Source: Candidatus Omnitrophota bacterium (lineage in GTDB: Bacteria > Omnitrophota > Gorgyraeia > Duberdicusellales > 4484-171). From it: a stretch of 64,000 nt of DNA. A model generated the notes under the pieces. It was not told where the DNA came from. It was given only the letters and a program-made list of their open reading frames with translations, and made no database searches. Numbering within the stretch: position 1 is the stretch's first letter; each line of letters begins with the position of its first letter. The DNA is taken from the NCBI GenBank assembly GCA_024542985.1, contig JAMXCX010000001.1, positions 3,137-67,136 of the forward strand. Direction: 5' to 3'. Of this stretch, positions 46,511 to 55,752 are shown piece by piece. A program made the position numbers and the translations under genes.

Positions 46511-47343
46511 ATAATTCGTCTTTGTTTAGCATTTACTTTGTCAATTAAACCGGTAATTTTATTTTTATTACCCTTTTTTAACAAATTCTCATAAGTTTTT
46601 AAAGTTCTAATAAACTTATTTAAATCTTTTAGAATATTCTTCTTGTTTGATAAAAATATATCTGTCCATACAGCAGCTGGGGAATTTGAAATTCTAGTTA
46701 AATCCTTAAAGCTGCCTGAGGAAAACTTTAAATAATTTTGCGGAATAAATTGAGTGAGAGAAAACGAAATAATATGAGGTAAATGAGAGACACAAGAGAG
46801 AACTTTATCATGCCAATCAGATTTAATAAATAACACCTTAGAACCTAAACTCTTCCATAACCCTCTTACTGTTCTAGCTGCCCTTTGATTAGAAAAACAC
46901 GCAATCAGACAAAGGGCTCCTTTGTAAAGATCCTTATTGCTAAATTCTGCTCCGCTTTTTTCGCTGCCGCATAGAGGGTGACAACCGACAAAATTAGCAG
47001 TCTTCGGCAACAATCTATGGGCCTGGGTTTCTATTTCTTTCTTACTACTGCCTAGATCAAAAATTATTGCTCCTGGTTTTAAAAAAGGAGATATTATCTT
47101 GAAATATTCGATGATAGCTTTTATCGGCAGGGCCAAAACAACTATATCTGCATCTTTAATGAGAATTTGGCAATCCCGGGTCACTTTATCGAGAATTTTC
47201 AGCTTCTTTAGCTTATCGTAAGTTTTTTTACTTCTTGAATACCCCCAAATAGAAATATTAGAAAATTTCTCCCGTAAAGCCAAGGCCAAAGAACCTCCCA
47301 TAAATCCTACGCCAATTATTGCTATTTTTTTAATATTATTCAT
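46507..47343 (-). CDS. tyrA: Prephenate/arogenate dehydrogenase
   Basis: GVGFMGGS, DLGSSK, HPLCGSE.SG, HD...SHLPH, DLTRI. Confidence 0.92.
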   Translation of the reverse strand: MNNIKKIAIIGVGFMGGSLALALREKFSNISIWGYSRSKKTYDKLKKLKILDKVTRDCQILIKDADIVVLALPIKAIIEYFKIISPFLKPGAIIFDLGSSKKEIETQAHRLLPKTANFVGCHPLCGSEKSGAEFSNKDLYKGALCLIACFSNQRAARTVRGLWKSLGSKVLFIKSDWHDKVLSCVSHLPHIISFSLTQFIPQNYLKFSSGSFKDLTRISNSPAAVWTDIFLSNKKNILKDLNKFIRTLKTYENLLKKGNKNKITGLIDKVNAKQRRII

Positions 47344-47428
47344 CTTTATTTTTTTAAGATTATAGGCACTTACCGTTTACGACTTATAACTTACCTAATA
47401 GGTCCCCTTATCGGATAGGACTTAAATT

Positions 47429-48445
47429 TTATATTTCCCTGCCTACGGCTTCTGCTACCTTTTTTAGCTCTTTCATAAGACTGACAAAATTATCAGGCCT
47501 GAGCTGTTGGGTGCCATCACTCAACGCTTCTTGAGGATTGCTATGGACTTCTATCATAAGGCCATCAGCACCACAGGCAACAGCAGCCTTACTCAAAGGA
47601 CTAACCAAACCCCATTTACCTGTCGCATGAGAAGGGTCAACCACAACCGGAAGATGCGACAACATTTTTATTGCCGGAACTGCACTTAAATCTAAAGTGT
47701 TGCGCGTGAAATCTTCAAATGTCCTTATGCCTCTTTCGCACAATATAACATTAAAATTGCCCTCTGATAAAATGTATTCTGCGCTCATCAGCAATTCTTT
47801 TATAGTCGCACTTAAGCCTCTTTTTAAAAGAATAGGCTTCTTTGTCTGGCCGACTTCTTTTAAAAGATTAAAATTCTGCATATTTCTGGCACCGATTTGC
47901 AGAATATCCGAATATCTAGCAACTAATTCAACATCCCTTGTGTCCATAACTTCGGTAGCTGTAGGTACATTTAATTCGCAAGAAATATCTTTTAGTATTT
48001 TCAAGCCGTCTTCTCCCAAACCCTGGAAACTATAAGGTGATGTGCGCGGTTTAAACGCTCCTCCCCGTATAATAAGAGCTCCGGACCCTTTTACATCTTT
48101 GGCTATCTTGCTTAATTGGTCTTTGGTTTCAATAGAACACGGCCCGGCAATTACCACAACTCTCTTTGAGCCGATTTCAACACTGTTGCTTATTTTAATA
48201 ACACTTGATTCTTTCTTAAATTCACGGGATACAAGCTTATACGGGGCCAACACCGGCATTACTTTATCGACACCGGGGAAAACATCTAAAGGATATAGGC
48301 GTATAACATCTTCAGGGCCAATAACGCCGACGATGGTTCTTTCCTCGCCTTTAGAAATCATTGCTTTTAAACCTAAATTTTCTACTCGCTTAATAAGATT
48401 GTTAACTTGCTTTTCTGTTGCGCCTTTCTTAAAAACAATAATCAT
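47429..48445 (-). CDS. aroF: DAHP synthase, class I-beta, with N-terminal ACT-like domain
   Basis: IAGPCSIE, RGGAFKPRTSPY, QIGARNMQN, DPSH. Confidence 0.93.
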   Translation of the reverse strand: MIIVFKKGATEKQVNNLIKRVENLGLKAMISKGEERTIVGVIGPEDVIRLYPLDVFPGVDKVMPVLAPYKLVSREFKKESSVIKISNSVEIGSKRVVVIAGPCSIETKDQLSKIAKDVKGSGALIIRGGAFKPRTSPYSFQGLGEDGLKILKDISCELNVPTATEVMDTRDVELVARYSDILQIGARNMQNFNLLKEVGQTKKPILLKRGLSATIKELLMSAEYILSEGNFNVILCERGIRTFEDFTRNTLDLSAVPAIKMLSHLPVVVDPSHATGKWGLVSPLSKAAVACGADGLMIEVHSNPQEALSDGTQQLRPDNFVSLMKELKKVAEAVGREI

Positions 48446-48464
48446 CGGATAAGCCTCCTATTTT

Positions 48465-49550
48465 CTATTTTTGAGAGAAGCATTGCCTTAAACAACTTAT
48501 AAACTTTTTATTTTCTTTATGTTTCCCTACAGTAACTCTAAAAAAATTATCCAATCCCCAACTTTTTAAAGTCCGCACAACGATACCTTTACTTAACAAG
48601 TAATTATAGAGTCCTGTTGTATCTTTTCCATAATCAATAAGAATAAAATTAGTTGCACTTTGCCTAAAGCATAATCCGCATTTTTTTAACTCTTTATAAA
48701 GATATAACTTTTCTCTTTTTATATATGAAACTACCTTTTTTAAAAAATACTTATCCTTTAAGGCAGCTATGGCTGCTACTTGCGCAAATCTGTTTACATT
48801 AAAAGGTTCCCTAACTTTATTTAAAATTTCGGCGAGCTCTCTTGAGGCTACTCCGTAGCCGATACGCAATCCGGCCAAACCATAGGCTTTCGAAAATGTA
48901 CGCGTTAGCATTACGTTCTTTCTTCCCTTTAGAAATTGCAGTGTCCTGGGAAAATCTTTAGGTGCAAATTCAAAATACGCTTCGTCAAAATACACCAAGA
49001 CTCTATCGGGAATTTTTTTAAGAAAAGATTCTACATCTCTATGCGGTAAATATGTCCCTGTAGGATTATCAGGATTAGCGATAAAAATAATTTTTGTTTT
49101 TTTAGTAACCTTCTTGGCAATTTCATCTAAACAATAACCCAAATTTTTTAGGGGAACTTTTATCACTTTTGCATTGTTTATTCTGGCCTGGATTTCATAA
49201 ATCAAAAACGTAGGATAAGAAACTATTACCTCATCACCTTTCTCTATTAAAGCCCTCAAAGTCAAAACAATCAATTCGTCCGAACCATTGCCAAAAATAA
49301 TCTGGTTCTTAGCTACTTTTAATTTTTTAGCTATGCGTTCTCTTAAATAAAAACATCCTCCTTCAGGATAACGATTAATATTTTTTAAGTCATCTAGAAT
49401 AGCTTTATCTATATAGAAGGGAGAAAATGGAATCTCGTTTGAAGCAAGTTTATAAACTTGGGCTAAACCTAATTCTCTTTTTACTTCCTCTATAGGCTTG
49501 CCGGGCTTATAGCCCTTTATTTTTTCTAATTCTTGCCTATATATTTTCAT
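48465..49550 (-). CDS. hisC: Histidinol-phosphate aminotransferase
   Basis: YKPGK, KLASNE, NPDNPTG, DEAY, RTFSKAYGLAGLRIG. Confidence 0.93.
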   Translation of the reverse strand: MKIYRQELEKIKGYKPGKPIEEVKRELGLAQVYKLASNEIPFSPFYIDKAILDDLKNINRYPEGGCFYLRERIAKKLKVAKNQIIFGNGSDELIVLTLRALIEKGDEVIVSYPTFLIYEIQARINNAKVIKVPLKNLGYCLDEIAKKVTKKTKIIFIANPDNPTGTYLPHRDVESFLKKIPDRVLVYFDEAYFEFAPKDFPRTLQFLKGRKNVMLTRTFSKAYGLAGLRIGYGVASRELAEILNKVREPFNVNRFAQVAAIAALKDKYFLKKVVSYIKREKLYLYKELKKCGLCFRQSATNFILIDYGKDTTGLYNYLLSKGIVVRTLKSWGLDNFFRVTVGKHKENKKFISCLRQCFSQK

Positions 49551-49638
49551 AAACCAATCTTTTGTTTAGAGCTAGCCTCTTTTTTCTGTGATTGTATTTT
49601 ATAAATACTCTTAAATGCAAATAAATTGGTATGTGTTA

Positions 49639-50697
49639 TCAGCTTTCTTTGGGGTAAGAGCCAAGAATTTTGATGAAAATACAATTTCTCTTTAATTTCG
49701 CCAAAGCCTTTTTAACAAAGGGAAAGCTTCTGTGCCCTTCGATATCTACAAAGAAGTAATACTCCCAAGGCTTTTTCTTAGAAGGCCTGGATTCAATCTT
49801 AGTAAGATTAATGCTACAGCTCTTAAACGAATAAAGAACATCATAAAGGGCTCCTACTTTGTCTTTTATAGAGAATAAAATAGAAGTCTTATCCTTGCCT
49901 GAGGCAAAACTGTCATTTTTAGCTATAACCAGAAACCTTGTGTAATTATTAGGAGAATCTTCTATCGAAGAAGCTATAATCTTTAAATCGTAAATATTGG
50001 CAAGAACCTTATTACCTATACAGGCACCGTAGGCATCTTTTTTGGCCTTGAGGGCAGCTTTGGCAGTTGAAAAAACAGGAACTAGCTCTGCGCCTTTTAA
50101 AGAACGCGATATCCACTTTCTGCACTGTGCAAATACTTGGGGATTGGAATAAACTCTTTTTATCCTTTTTAAAGACTTTCCGCAAAGGGCCTGGGAAATA
50201 TTCAGGGTTATTTCAGCACATATGCTTAGTGTAGATACGAAAAACATATCTAAGGTATAGTTAACAACACCTTCTGTGGAATTTTCTATTGGAACAACTC
50301 CGTAATCCACTTCGCCCTTCTCTACTTTGTCAAAAACATCACTGATACTTTCTGTAGGCAAATATTTTGATTTTTTACCAAACTTTTTCATTGACGCTAA
50401 ATGAGTAAATGTACCTTGCGGCCCCAAATAGGCTATTTCTAAGACAGAATGTTGCGATCTGCAGGCTGATAGTATTTCGCGAAAAACATTTTCTACGTCT
50501 GTAGAACTGAAAATTCCTTCATTGATTTTTTTAAGATGGTTTAGCATGGCAGCTTCTCTCTCGGGAGAAAAGGTTTTGATATTTTTCTTTTTTTTCAGCT
50601 TACCAACCTTTATGACTTCCGATGCTCTCTGGTTAAGAAGACCTAGAATCTTTTCGTCTATTGTATCAATCTTATCTCTTAACTTTTTTAGTTGCAT
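49639..50697 (-). CDS. pheA: Chorismate mutase / prephenate dehydratase
   Basis: LRDKID.ID, LGPQGTF, PIENSTEG, TRF, LTKIESRP. Confidence 0.95.
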   Translation of the reverse strand: MQLKKLRDKIDTIDEKILGLLNQRASEVIKVGKLKKKKNIKTFSPEREAAMLNHLKKINEGIFSSTDVENVFREILSACRSQHSVLEIAYLGPQGTFTHLASMKKFGKKSKYLPTESISDVFDKVEKGEVDYGVVPIENSTEGVVNYTLDMFFVSTLSICAEITLNISQALCGKSLKRIKRVYSNPQVFAQCRKWISRSLKGAELVPVFSTAKAALKAKKDAYGACIGNKVLANIYDLKIIASSIEDSPNNYTRFLVIAKNDSFASGKDKTSILFSIKDKVGALYDVLYSFKSCSINLTKIESRPSKKKPWEYYFFVDIEGHRSFPFVKKALAKLKRNCIFIKILGSYPKES

Positions 50698-50792
50698 ATT
50701 TTTTATCCCCCGCCTTGCTATAAAACCTTATAAATTTTATCCTTAAACCTATTATGCTCCTTAATAGCCTGTTAAAAACATATTAATTTGAC

Positions 50793-51527
50793 TTAATTTT
50801 TGAATTCTTTTTCGGCTTCTTTTAAAGAATCGAAATGCCCGATATCAATCCATTCTCCCTCTAAAGTATATCCGAAAACTTCTTTGGTTTGAACCAACCA
50901 CCTTATATACGTTCCGGAGGCATCAACATTATTGCTTTGGCTCAAGAACGAATTTAACAAATCTAAAGATTTTTTAGGAAAAAAATAAACACACGACGCT
51001 GCCAATGTTGAAGGTGGATCTTTTGGCTTTTCTTCAAACCTTACTATTTTGCCATTTCCGTCTAGAAGCACCACGCCAAAACGCCTAGCCGCTTCTTTAT
51101 ACTTAACATCATAAAGGCCTATAGAAGAATGCGGTTCTTTGCTCCTGGCAAACTTGATAAATTTCACTAAATTGTCTCTAAATAAATTATCTCCCCCTAA
51201 AACTAAACAATCAGTTTCAGCCCCTCTTATAGCTAATTCCATATCCTTAACAGCACCTAGCCTATCATCGGGTGTATTTGAGCCATCGTTAATGATTTCT
51301 GCATTAACATTGTATTTATTTTTCCATTCTAAAAAGCTTTCATAAAATTTGTTGTTAACTACAACTCTTACCTCATCTACTGCAAAATTATTTTTTAATA
51401 TTGCAATTTTATCAAGCAAAAAATTGATTATAGGCTTATTATTTATCGGAACTAGAGGTTTGGCTATTTTCTGAGTTAAGGGGTAAAGCCTAGTCCCGTA
51501 ACCAGCTGCGAGAATGACTATAAGCAT
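50793..51527 (-). CDS. Sugar-phosphate nucleotidyltransferase family protein
   Basis: LAAGYGTRLYPLT...KPL, GGDN, EEKP, WIDIG. Confidence 0.85.
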   Translation of the reverse strand: MLIVILAAGYGTRLYPLTQKIAKPLVPINNKPIINFLLDKIAILKNNFAVDEVRVVVNNKFYESFLEWKNKYNVNAEIINDGSNTPDDRLGAVKDMELAIRGAETDCLVLGGDNLFRDNLVKFIKFARSKEPHSSIGLYDVKYKEAARRFGVVLLDGNGKIVRFEEKPKDPPSTLAASCVYFFPKKSLDLLNSFLSQSNNVDASGTYIRWLVQTKEVFGYTLEGEWIDIGHFDSLKEAEKEFKN

Positions 51528-51528
51528 A

Positions 51529-53289
51529 TTAAACCATTAAAATGTTGCGGTAAGATTCACTTGTTAAAATCCTCTTTAATTCACTATGCAAATACTTCTC
51601 CACTTCTTTGGGCGTATGAAGTTTCAAAGTGTTCTCAACAATGCCTTTAGCATTCTCAAAGTTAATGCTATTTATTAATTCTTTTATCTTAGGTATCTGA
51701 GGAGCAGACATGCTAAATTTGTCAAGCCCCATACCTAAAAGCAAAAAGGCAAAAAGCGGATCTCCTGACATTTCACCGCACATACCTACCGGAATATTAT
51801 TATTATGAGCAGCATCAATAATGCCTTTTATCAGTTTTAAAACCCCGGGGTGGCCCGGTTCGTAAAGATAGGCTACCTTTTCATTGCCTCTATCTACAGC
51901 CAACGAATATTGGATTAAATCATTTGTGCCGATGCTAAAGAAATCACACTCTTTTGCTAAAATATCAGCAGTTAAAGCAGCTGAAGGGACTTCAATCATT
52001 GCACCTACAGCGATATCCTCATCAAATATTTTACGTTCACTCTTTAACTCTTTCTTGCACTCTTTTAGAAGGGCTTTTGCCTGTCTTAACTCTTCGATTC
52101 CTGAAATCATCGGAAACATTACCTTCACGTTCTTTTTCACAGAGGCTCTTAAAATTGCTCGCAATTGAACCTTAAAGAGGTCTGGATGCGCCAGGCAAAA
52201 CCTAATCGCTCTCCAGCCCAAAAAAGGACTCATTTCTTTAGGAACTTCGGGACGTGAAAGAAATTTGTCACCTCCGATATCAATAGTCCTAAATACCACC
52301 GAATGAGGACTAATATCCTTAGCTACGCTAAGATAAGCCGCATATTGTTCATCCTCTGAAGGAGAATCTCTCCTTCCCAAGAAAATATATTCTGTTCTGT
52401 AAAGACCAATACCCTCTGCTCCGTATTCCTTAACTAAAGAAAGTTCTTCAGGAAGCTCCATATTGGCAGAAATTGTGGCTTCTTTTCCGTCTTTAGTGCG
52501 GGCTTTAAGTGCCCGGGGTATATGGATTGCCTTTACTTCTTTAGCATATGCAGTTGATTTTTTATGGTATTCTCTTAATGTCTTATCTGTAGGACGACAA
52601 ATAACATAGCCTGAAGAACCATCAACTATAACTTTATCCCCGGATTTTACATTTTCTGTAGCTATTTCCACTCCTACAACAGCCGGAATTCTTAAAGCCC
52701 GGGCGATAATTGCAGTATGCGAAGTCCTACCTCCTATATTAGTTACAAAGCCTAAGATATTTTCTTTAGGCAAAGACGCAGTTTGAGAAGGAGAAAGATC
52801 ATGAGCAACAATAACTACCTTTTCTTTCAAATCACTTAAAGTAGCAGCTTTTTCTTTAAGCATCTTCCTTAAAACTCTTTTGGAAACATCCTCAATGTCT
52901 ATTACTCTTTCCCTTAAGTATTCATCATTAAGTTTTAACAAAGTATCGACATACTTTTTTACGCTCTGCGAAAAAGCATATTCAACATTTACGTGCTTGT
53001 TCTTAATCTGCATAATAACATCCTCAATCAAAACTCTATCTTCTAAAACGAGAAAATGTGCCTCAAATATTCTGCCGTGGTCAAAACCGATTTCTTTAGA
53101 AATTTTTTTCTGCAAATTAGATATCTCTCGACGGGTATCAATCAAAGATTCCTCCAGATGATAAATCTCCCGGGAAATTTCGTCGTGACTAATTTTTCGC
53201 TTGGGTACAGTAAGCTCGTCCTTTCTTAGTAATAAAACCTTACCTATCCCAACTCCCCCAGAAACGCCAATACCTTTTAACTTAATCAT
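51529..53289 (-). CDS. ptsI: PTS enzyme I
   Basis: GGRTSHTAI (phospho-His), GLYRTE, GGDK, SIGTNDL.QY, CGE. Confidence 0.95.
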   Translation of the reverse strand: MIKLKGIGVSGGVGIGKVLLLRKDELTVPKRKISHDEISREIYHLEESLIDTRREISNLQKKISKEIGFDHGRIFEAHFLVLEDRVLIEDVIMQIKNKHVNVEYAFSQSVKKYVDTLLKLNDEYLRERVIDIEDVSKRVLRKMLKEKAATLSDLKEKVVIVAHDLSPSQTASLPKENILGFVTNIGGRTSHTAIIARALRIPAVVGVEIATENVKSGDKVIVDGSSGYVICRPTDKTLREYHKKSTAYAKEVKAIHIPRALKARTKDGKEATISANMELPEELSLVKEYGAEGIGLYRTEYIFLGRRDSPSEDEQYAAYLSVAKDISPHSVVFRTIDIGGDKFLSRPEVPKEMSPFLGWRAIRFCLAHPDLFKVQLRAILRASVKKNVKVMFPMISGIEELRQAKALLKECKKELKSERKIFDEDIAVGAMIEVPSAALTADILAKECDFFSIGTNDLIQYSLAVDRGNEKVAYLYEPGHPGVLKLIKGIIDAAHNNNIPVGMCGEMSGDPLFAFLLLGMGLDKFSMSAPQIPKIKELINSINFENAKGIVENTLKLHTPKEVEKYLHSELKRILTSESYRNILMV

Positions 53290-53548
53290 CTCCTCTCTCC
53301 AAAAATTCTTTTAGATCATTCATGGCACTAGAGGCATCGTTACCTTCTATGATCAGCCTTATTTTCATACCATTATTTATCCCTAAGCTCAATATGGCAA
53401 TGATTGACTTACCATCGACAGCTTCACCATCTTTTTCCATCTTGACTGACGAATCAAATTTATTAGCCATTTGGACAAAGACAGACGCTGGACGCGCATG
53501 TAAACCATGAATTTTATTCACAATTATTTGTTTTTCGAATCTCTCCAT
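53282..53548 (-). CDS. ptsH: HPr phosphocarrier
   Basis: GLHARPA (His15) and KSI (Ser46). Confidence 0.95.
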   Translation of the reverse strand: MERFEKQIIVNKIHGLHARPASVFVQMANKFDSSVKMEKDGEAVDGKSIIAILSLGINNGMKIRLIIEGNDASSAMNDLKEFLERGDD

Positions 53549-54786
53549 TTTTTCTTACCTTGAGTATAAATTTTCATAATCTCTTTAGCTGATTTTTTTG
53601 AATCATGCCTCAAGTAATTACGCTTACTAACAACATCTGCTTCAAAAACATCTATGTCCATCCTTTTAATCCTTTCTCTATCAAAAACTACAGGAAATGA
53701 TTTCTCCTCTGCGTATTTAATCAACAACTGGTACCTCAAACGCCCCGAATTAACTAAGCAACAGTTGACAATATCTTTTCTGGCATGAAAAAGTATCATT
53801 CTAAGGTGATCAGAAGCTGTAAAACCATCTGTTTCGCCTTGTTGTGTCATGACATTACAAAGATACAATTTTTTTACATTCCGCTTAGCGATTTCATCTG
53901 CAATATCGCCTATTAAGATATTCGGAATTATGCTAGTAAATAAACTCCCTGGCCCAAAAAGAATTATTTCTGCTTCCCTTATAGCCTCAATAACCTCCGG
54001 ATTTGGCTTGGCTTCTTGGGGAATTAAACATACCCTTCTTATAGTCTTTTCCTCATCAGGAATTTTATCCTCACCTACTTTAGCAGTCCCATCACTATAC
54101 TCTGCCCTAAGACGCAAACTATCTAAACTCGAAGGTAATACCTTACCCCTTATGGCTAAAACTATGCTGGATTCTTTTATTGCATCTTTAAAGCTCCCCG
54201 ACACTTGGGTCATGGCGGTAATAAAAAGATTGCCAAAACTATGGCCTTTAATTCCATCGCCTTCTTCGAAACGATACTGGAACAAATCACGCATTAGTTG
54301 CGGAACTTCGGCCAAAGAAACAAGACAATTCCTTATGTCCCCAGGCGGTAAAATACCAAACTCCTCTCTTAAGCGGCCTGATGAACCGCCTTCGTCGGCA
54401 ACTGCAACCACTGCAGTTATGTTAGAAGTATACTCTTTCAAGCCTTCTAATATAGTAGCTAGGCCTGTCCCGCCTCCTATGGCGACAACCTTCGGGCCTT
54501 TAGAGAGAAATCTCTTTTCATAAATTACGTCTATGAGCTCTTTATTTTTCTCAGACCAAATAACTTCAAAAAAACTTTTGATGAGAGACTTTAAACCGGC
54601 TATAAGACCTATAAAAGAAAATGTAAATAAAAACGCATCAAATACTTTTAAAAGAACATCTTTATCTTTAGAGAATCTTACTGATGAATAAATTACGAAA
54701 AACAAGCTTAAAGACAATAAAATGAACCATCTTTTTATCTTCAATCCCGGATAAAACCATTTTATAACTTTTATAAACTTCTTCAT
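53524..54786 (-). CDS. yvcK: YvcK/GlmR (UPF0052) family protein with an N-terminal membrane anchor
   Basis: WFYPGLKIKRW plus two TM helices; IGGGTG, DEGGSSGRLR, PPGDIRN, GPGSLFTS, RHD. Confidence 0.9.
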   Translation of the reverse strand: MKKFIKVIKWFYPGLKIKRWFILLSLSLFFVIYSSVRFSKDKDVLLKVFDAFLFTFSFIGLIAGLKSLIKSFFEVIWSEKNKELIDVIYEKRFLSKGPKVVAIGGGTGLATILEGLKEYTSNITAVVAVADEGGSSGRLREEFGILPPGDIRNCLVSLAEVPQLMRDLFQYRFEEGDGIKGHSFGNLFITAMTQVSGSFKDAIKESSIVLAIRGKVLPSSLDSLRLRAEYSDGTAKVGEDKIPDEEKTIRRVCLIPQEAKPNPEVIEAIREAEIILFGPGSLFTSIIPNILIGDIADEIAKRNVKKLYLCNVMTQQGETDGFTASDHLRMILFHARKDIVNCCLVNSGRLRYQLLIKYAEEKSFPVVFDRERIKRMDIDVFEADVVSKRNYLRHDSKKSAKEIMKIYTQGKKKWRDSKNK

Positions 54787-54870
54787 GTCAACATTATTCT
54801 GAAATATAGCGCTAAAATCAAATTGCCTTGATTCAGCAATTACGCTAGCAACTGCCGGCAGGCAAGCTTA

Positions 54871-55341
54871 TTATCTTACTACCCGCTGCTGGTTATCCAA
54901 CAACATAAGCACATCTTTTTCATCTTTAACACTTTTAAGCCTCTGGACAAGGTATTTATCACGCAGAATTCTAGCCAAAAACGCCAACATCTTAAGATGC
55001 AAGCCTGCCTCTTTTTGATTGGAAAGAAGAAGAGCGATAACGTTAACCGGTTCTTGGTCTAAAGAGTCAAAATCAACTCCTTCTTTGGAAATAGCTATGC
55101 AGATTATAATACTTTTTACTGAGGTAAGCCTAGCATGAGGAAAAGCGATATGATTACCAATAGCGGTTGAACCCATCTCCTCTCTTTGGCAGATAAGCTT
55201 GAGAATTTCTTTTTTTTCACGGCTTTCTACTTTTCCTTTCTGGACAAGATGATCAAGAATAACAGATACAGTATTCTTTTTGCTTCTTTTTTTTAACCCT
55301 AAAATAATGCCATCTTTATCTAAATAATCCAAAATATTCAT
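54871..55341 (-). CDS. ptsN: PTS EIIA (Ntr-type)
   Basis: REEMGSTAIGNHIAFPHAR, FDSLD..PV, HLKMLA. Confidence 0.85.
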   Translation of the reverse strand: MNILDYLDKDGIILGLKKRSKKNTVSVILDHLVQKGKVESREKKEILKLICQREEMGSTAIGNHIAFPHARLTSVKSIIICIAISKEGVDFDSLDQEPVNVIALLLSNQKEAGLHLKMLAFLARILRDKYLVQRLKSVKDEKDVLMLLDNQQRVVR

Positions 55342-55380
55342 ATAGTCAAAAAAATATTTAAGCAGAAAAATGATAACTAC

Positions 55381-55398
55381 TCTTCGCGTACGCGAAGA
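55381..55398. repeat. Perfect 18-bp palindrome TCTTCGCGTACGCGAAGA
   Basis: Self-reverse-complementary; 40 nt upstream of ptsN. Confidence 0.8.
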
Positions 55399-55505
55399 TA
55401 TATTTTAGTCAACCTTCACCTTGCCTGCCTGCCGGCAGGCCTGTTTGCTAAAAAACAGTAATTATTTTGTTCACTGTAAACCTTGCAGCCAAAAGAGCAT
55501 TTATC

Positions 55506-55579
55506 AGCGGAGGAAGGGAATTGAACCCTCAACCTTCACGTTGGCAACGTGACGCTCTAGCCGATTGAGCTACCCCCGC
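55506..55579 (-). tRNA. tRNA-Gly (GCC)
   Basis: GCGGGGGTAGCTCAATCGGCTAGAGCGTCACGTTGCCAACGTGAAGGTTGAGGGTTCAATTCCCTTCCTCCGCT folds as a cloverleaf; CCA not encoded. Confidence 0.95.
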
Positions 55580-55666
55580 AGTTACAGCTATAAGCTATAA
55601 GCTTTAAGTTGTAAGTATAAAGAGCAAGCACTTTCTAGCGCTGTAGCGAAATCGGGAAACCGATTG

Positions 55667-55752
55667 TTCAATGAGACTTGAACTTTTGCAAGTAGTAAGG
55701 CTCAGCAAAAGTTCTTAGTCGAATTAATCCCGACGAGCGCAGCGATGTCGGG
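55667..55752 (-). repeat. GGATWAATTCRACT-hairpin-AARTYTCATT module plus preceding CCCGAC...GTCGGG hairpin
   Basis: Minus strand: CCCGAC-ATCGCTGCGCTC-GTCGGG-ATTAATTCGACTAA-GAACTTTTGC...GCAAAAGTTC-AAGTCTCATTGAA. Confidence 0.8.

Noticed and set aside
53849-54523. 224-aa plus-strand ORF and the many other short antisense or alternate-frame ORFs
   Set aside because: They lie within well-supported genes and have the Ser/Ile/Leu/Phe-rich composition typical of shadow frames.
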